Origin: an uncultured Chloroflexia bacterium
GTDB taxonomy: Bacteria; Chloroflexota; Anaerolineae; CG2-30-64-16
Reading direction: 5' to 3'
Length of the DNA: 64,000 nucleotides
Assembly (NCBI GenBank): GCA_963774265.1
Contig: CAVZDU010000010.1
Span: 288,001-352,000 of the forward strand
Under the pieces are notes generated by a model. The model worked only from the letters and a program-made list of their open reading frames with translations, ran no database searches and was not told where the DNA came from. The translations under genes and the position numbers were made by a program. Positions 60,892 to 64,000 of this stretch are shown here, one piece after another. The stretch's first letter is position 1; each line of letters starts with the position of its first letter.

Positions 60892-61629
60892 ATGGCGCCC
60901 ATCCTCAGTCCGTTGCAGATAGGCTGGTTGATCGCGCTGGCTGCGATTTGGGCGGCGCTGCTGTTTGGCGGCTACTTCGCCGGCCGGCGACGTCATTCTT
61001 CTGGTCGTTGCACCCCCGTGTGGAACTGTATGCTGTCATCGCTGGTCCTTGTCGTGGCCGCGTGGAGCTGGGTGGTCTTTGTTTGGAACACGTCGGCCGC
61101 TGGTTTTGCCTTGCTGATCGGCATCGGCATGACCTTGGGACTCATCGGCGATCTTCTGATGGCTGGCCTGATCCACACCGGCGAACGGACGCTCAGTGGC
61201 ATGGCCGCATTTGGGCTGGGTCACGGTGCTTACATAATCGCAGGTCTCCGTTTCGGCAATCAGGCAGGATTGGATGCGCTGGCCCCGCGGTTCGCGGGCT
61301 GGTCACTGTGGCTTCTCGTGGGCATTCTGGGGTGGTATCTGGTCGTATACCGAGATCAGCACCCAACCTTCATGCGCTGGGCTGCGCTTCCGTATTCGCT
61401 TCTCCTCGCTTCAACGGCCGGCGTCGCCACTGGTCTTGCCTTACAGAATCCGCGCTTTGCGCTGTTTGCGTTGGGCGCAGGCCTCTTCCTTTTCAGCGAT
61501 CTGCTGATCGCGGCGAGGTTATTTGCCGGGAAGGCGCTGCGAACGATCTCTATCGACGACTTGATCTGGCTGACTTACGGCCCCGGTCAGATGCTTATCG
61601 TATACTCGATCTGGGCGGCTGCCGTGTGA
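60892..61629 (+). CDS. YhhN / lysoplasmalogenase family membrane protein
   Basis: About 8 TM helices with GLIGDLLM, AFGLGHGAY, LFLFSDLLI and LTYGPGQ motifs. Confidence 0.85.
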   Translation: MAPILSPLQIGWLIALAAIWAALLFGGYFAGRRRHSSGRCTPVWNCMLSSLVLVVAAWSWVVFVWNTSAAGFALLIGIGMTLGLIGDLLMAGLIHTGERTLSGMAAFGLGHGAYIIAGLRFGNQAGLDALAPRFAGWSLWLLVGILGWYLVVYRDQHPTFMRWAALPYSLLLASTAGVATGLALQNPRFALFALGAGLFLFSDLLIAARLFAGKALRTISIDDLIWLTYGPGQMLIVYSIWAAAV

Positions 61630-61632
61630 CCT

Positions 61633-62214
61633 TCAGCGACGTTCCATCACCTTCGCCACAGCCGCTGCCCGACTCTCCACATCCAACTTCTCGAAGATAG
61701 ATTTGAGGTAGCGCTTCACCGTATTTTCCGAGATGACCATTTCACGCGCGATGCCCTTGTTAGTGAGGCCTTGAGCCAGTAGCATCATGACATCGCGTTC
61801 GCGGGGTGTGAGAGGGGCCAGCGGATCTTGGGGTTGCGGCTGTGACAGAATCTGCCGCACTATGTCCTTAAACTCGGCCCGACGGAAGGCTTCTTTCCGC
61901 AGGCAGGTGAACGCCCCATGCTCCTTGATGACAGCCACGGCGATCTCCACTGTGGCGAACCCGGTGAGCAGGATGGGCGTGCACGGGGGATCGACCTGCC
62001 CCAGCGAAGTCAGCACACCGATGCCATCGCGGTTGCCTTCGTCGTCTGTCCGTAACGAAAGATCGACGACGGCTATCCGATGCGGATCTGCGGCCATCGC
62101 CACATTCGCCGTTGACAGATCAACGGCAACGTCGACGTGTAGCCCAATGTCGGTCAGAATCTCGGTCAGGATCTCCTGCCACGCCGAGTCATCTTCAACC
62201 ACTAACGCGCGCAT
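61633..62214 (-). CDS. response regulator, REC plus LuxR HTH
   Basis: LVVEDD, VDLSL, LLTG, LRK; LTPRERDVMMLLAQGLTNKGIA..TVKRYL. Confidence 0.92.
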   Translation of the reverse strand: MRALVVEDDSAWQEILTEILTDIGLHVDVAVDLSTANVAMAADPHRIAVVDLSLRTDDEGNRDGIGVLTSLGQVDPPCTPILLTGFATVEIAVAVIKEHGAFTCLRKEAFRRAEFKDIVRQILSQPQPQDPLAPLTPRERDVMMLLAQGLTNKGIAREMVISENTVKRYLKSIFEKLDVESRAAAVAKVMERR

Positions 62215-63995
62215 GGCAGCCTGATTCGAAAAGCGGTGCCGGATCGGCCGTCACTCTCCACGGCGATTGACCCACCGGCTCGGGCAATCAGTGTTTTCAC
62301 CCACCACAGGCCGAAACCGAGGCGGCTGCCCTTTGCCTCGCGGCGCTGGCCCGAGAAATCAAACTCGAAGATGCGGCTCTGCAGTTCGGGCGGGACGCCG
62401 GGACCATTGTCCGTCACTGTGAGCTCCACAGAGTTGTCGGTAACCGCACCCGAGATAGTGATTCGTCCCCGCCCCCCTAGCGCCTCTCCGGCGTTATCGA
62501 GGAGATTCAGAAGCACCAGGGTGAGTCCCTCACGACTGGCCAGCACTGGAGCCAGGCCGGATAACTGGGCGCTCTGCTCAACTCTCACGCCCCCTGGCAG
62601 TCGGGCCGCTCGCAGCGCCTCGGCAAGACAGTCTGCGATGTTGACGGGCCCAGGGTTGATCGGATGCAGCAGAGCCAAACGTTCGCGCACCGTACGCATT
62701 GCATCCAGGGCAGCACGTTCGATCTCCGCCAGGTTAGCGGCGAGATAGGGACTTTCAGCAATCTGTCGCGCGCATTTGTCTTGGATCCCTTCGACGCGCA
62801 CTGGGATCGTACCGACCCTGTTGTTGAGATGGTGGAGCAGGTTTGCCGCGATGTCGCCCATCGCCGCAAACGTTTCGGCAATGGCGTGCGCCTCGCGCGC
62901 CTCGCGCAGCGCCTCCTGACGGGTCGCGCTCTCCTGTGCCAGCGCTGCATACTGAGAGAGGATCGCCCCAACTTTACGATCCCATTCCGTGTCGCCGTTC
63001 ACCAATTCCTCGCGCAATGCTTGGATGTGCGCCAGCACCTGCTCCAAGTTCTGGGAGAGCACGCGGGCTGAGGTGTCGCGCAGCGCATCCAGCAAGCGCA
63101 CCTCCTGGATCGCGATGACTGCCTGTCCTGCGAGCCCCTGGAGTAAATGGCCGTCGGCCTCGGTGAACGCCCCTATCTGCGGGCTTTCCAGGTTGAGCAC
63201 GCCCTCCAGCCGGCCGCCCGCGCCGACGAGTGGCACAGCGAGCTCGGAGCGCATCTGCAGACCATGGTCGAGCGGGTAGTAGATCTTTGCCCACGGCATT
63301 TCGCGCACATCCGCGATGATGACAGGCTGTTGGGTTTTTGCCACCATGCCCATCACGCTGGTGACGTTGATTGGGAGGGCCTCAACTGCAGGCCGCCCAA
63401 GATCCTCGCCCGCGATGGCTGCCATGACCAGGACGCCGCGTTTCCTGTCCACCAGGCGGAAGATGCCGTAGCGCGCGTGGGTGATTTCTAGCGCCATGTG
63501 GAGGATCGTTTCGAGGGTGTCTTGCAGTCCGGTTCGCGAGGAAATGAGCAAACCCGCGTGCCGGAGCAGGGCGAGCTCATCCTCCTTGCGCGCAAGCATG
63601 CGCTGCGCATCGCGATCGCGATGCGCAGCGGCATGAAGGAGCGCGCCCGCAGTGAGGTGAGCGAAGTTGTGGAGGATCGCCTCTTCGGCGGGAGCGAGTG
63701 TCCGGCCGGGTGGGAGTCCTACGGAGAGCACACCTAGTTGCCGATTCGTTACGCGGAAAGGCAAATTCAGGATCAAGCCGGCGTCTGGAGCGACTTGCGG
63801 ACGCCCTGCACTGGGTCGCTCCTCCCCGATAGCAATCTCCGCAGAGGCGCCTTCGATCAGCCCGGCCGCGGCCTCGGCCGTCCGCTGCAGGATATCCCCA
63901 AGCGCGAGCGAATCATCAGGATCGAGCCGGTTGACCGCGATCTCGATTTCACCCATCCGGCCCAACGCGGCGACCAGCCGCTCCTCATCGCGCAT
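62202..63995 (-). CDS. cytoplasmic GAF-domain sensor histidine kinase (start near window edge)
   Basis: GAF domains (RSELAVPL..GVLNLES), H-box NLLHHLNN, N-box NLLDNA, G1 DNGPGV, G2 GFGLW; no TM segment. Confidence 0.92.
   Translation of the reverse strand: MRDEERLVAALGRMGEIEIAVNRLDPDDSLALGDILQRTAEAAAGLIEGASAEIAIGEERPSAGRPQVAPDAGLILNLPFRVTNRQLGVLSVGLPPGRTLAPAEEAILHNFAHLTAGALLHAAAHRDRDAQRMLARKEDELALLRHAGLLISSRTGLQDTLETILHMALEITHARYGIFRLVDRKRGVLVMAAIAGEDLGRPAVEALPINVTSVMGMVAKTQQPVIIADVREMPWAKIYYPLDHGLQMRSELAVPLVGAGGRLEGVLNLESPQIGAFTEADGHLLQGLAGQAVIAIQEVRLLDALRDTSARVLSQNLEQVLAHIQALREELVNGDTEWDRKVGAILSQYAALAQESATRQEALREAREAHAIAETFAAMGDIAANLLHHLNNRVGTIPVRVEGIQDKCARQIAESPYLAANLAEIERAALDAMRTVRERLALLHPINPGPVNIADCLAEALRAARLPGGVRVEQSAQLSGLAPVLASREGLTLVLLNLLDNAGEALGGRGRITISGAVTDNSVELTVTDNGPGVPPELQSRIFEFDFSGQRREAKGSRLGFGLWWVKTLIARAGGSIAVESDGRSGTAFRIRLPCAR
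63601..63630. repeat. perfect 30-bp palindrome inside the kinase gene
   Basis: CGCTGCGCATCGCGATCGCGATGCGCAGCG equals its own reverse complement. Confidence 0.9.
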
Positions 63996-64000
63996 CCATC

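Noticed and set aside
10893-63619. HIP1 octamer GCGATCGC enrichment
   Set aside because: About five copies were seen by eye against roughly two expected from base composition, far below cyanobacterial HIP1 densities. A proper count would be needed.
1-64000. CRISPR arrays, tRNA or rRNA genes, IS elements, prophage
   Set aside because: No regularly spaced direct repeats, cloverleaf or rRNA signatures, transposase or phage structural ORFs were seen; intergenic gaps are short and mostly accounted for.

Overview
A gene-dense, GC-rich bacterial chromosomal segment. Gene content and architecture point to Chloroflexota, probably Anaerolineae (inference from TopA with an N-terminal zinc ribbon, a T-box-controlled trp operon, a LysM/FxLYD-type lipoprotein and GACTTCCGAAG-type palindromes). 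In order it holds: a GH13 enzyme; a single operon joining a b6-type Rieske/cytochrome b complex (subunit IV fused to two c-type hemes) to sdhCDAB; a Cys-rich Crp/Fnr regulator; lepA-rsmA; plsC; a LysM lipoprotein; nadE; a response regulator / ECF sigma / ParB-like cluster; a GH38 mannosidase; an amidohydrolase and a stand-alone corrinoid protein; ftsH; ffh-rpsP-khpA-rimM; dprA-manC-topA-xerC-pepP; a dGTPase; glcF followed by two tandem GlcD-GlcE fusions; a URO-D-like protein and an Sfp-type PPTase; T-box(Trp)-trpEGDCFBA; a convergent cobalamin-riboswitch operon (internally deleted cobA, cobT, cobS, cbiR, cobU); a glpD-like / FGGY kinase / YhhN cluster; and a GAF histidine kinase with its response regulator. 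About ten small indels, mostly in homopolymer or CG runs and including one in essential rpsP, most likely reflect long-read consensus errors. I found no tRNA, rRNA, CRISPR array, prophage or transposase. No unambiguous novel system is proven. The best candidates are the complex III-complex II operon, the putative ether-lipid scavenging cluster, the cobamide-remodelling operon with a broken adenosyltransferase, and the duplicated GlcDE fusions.
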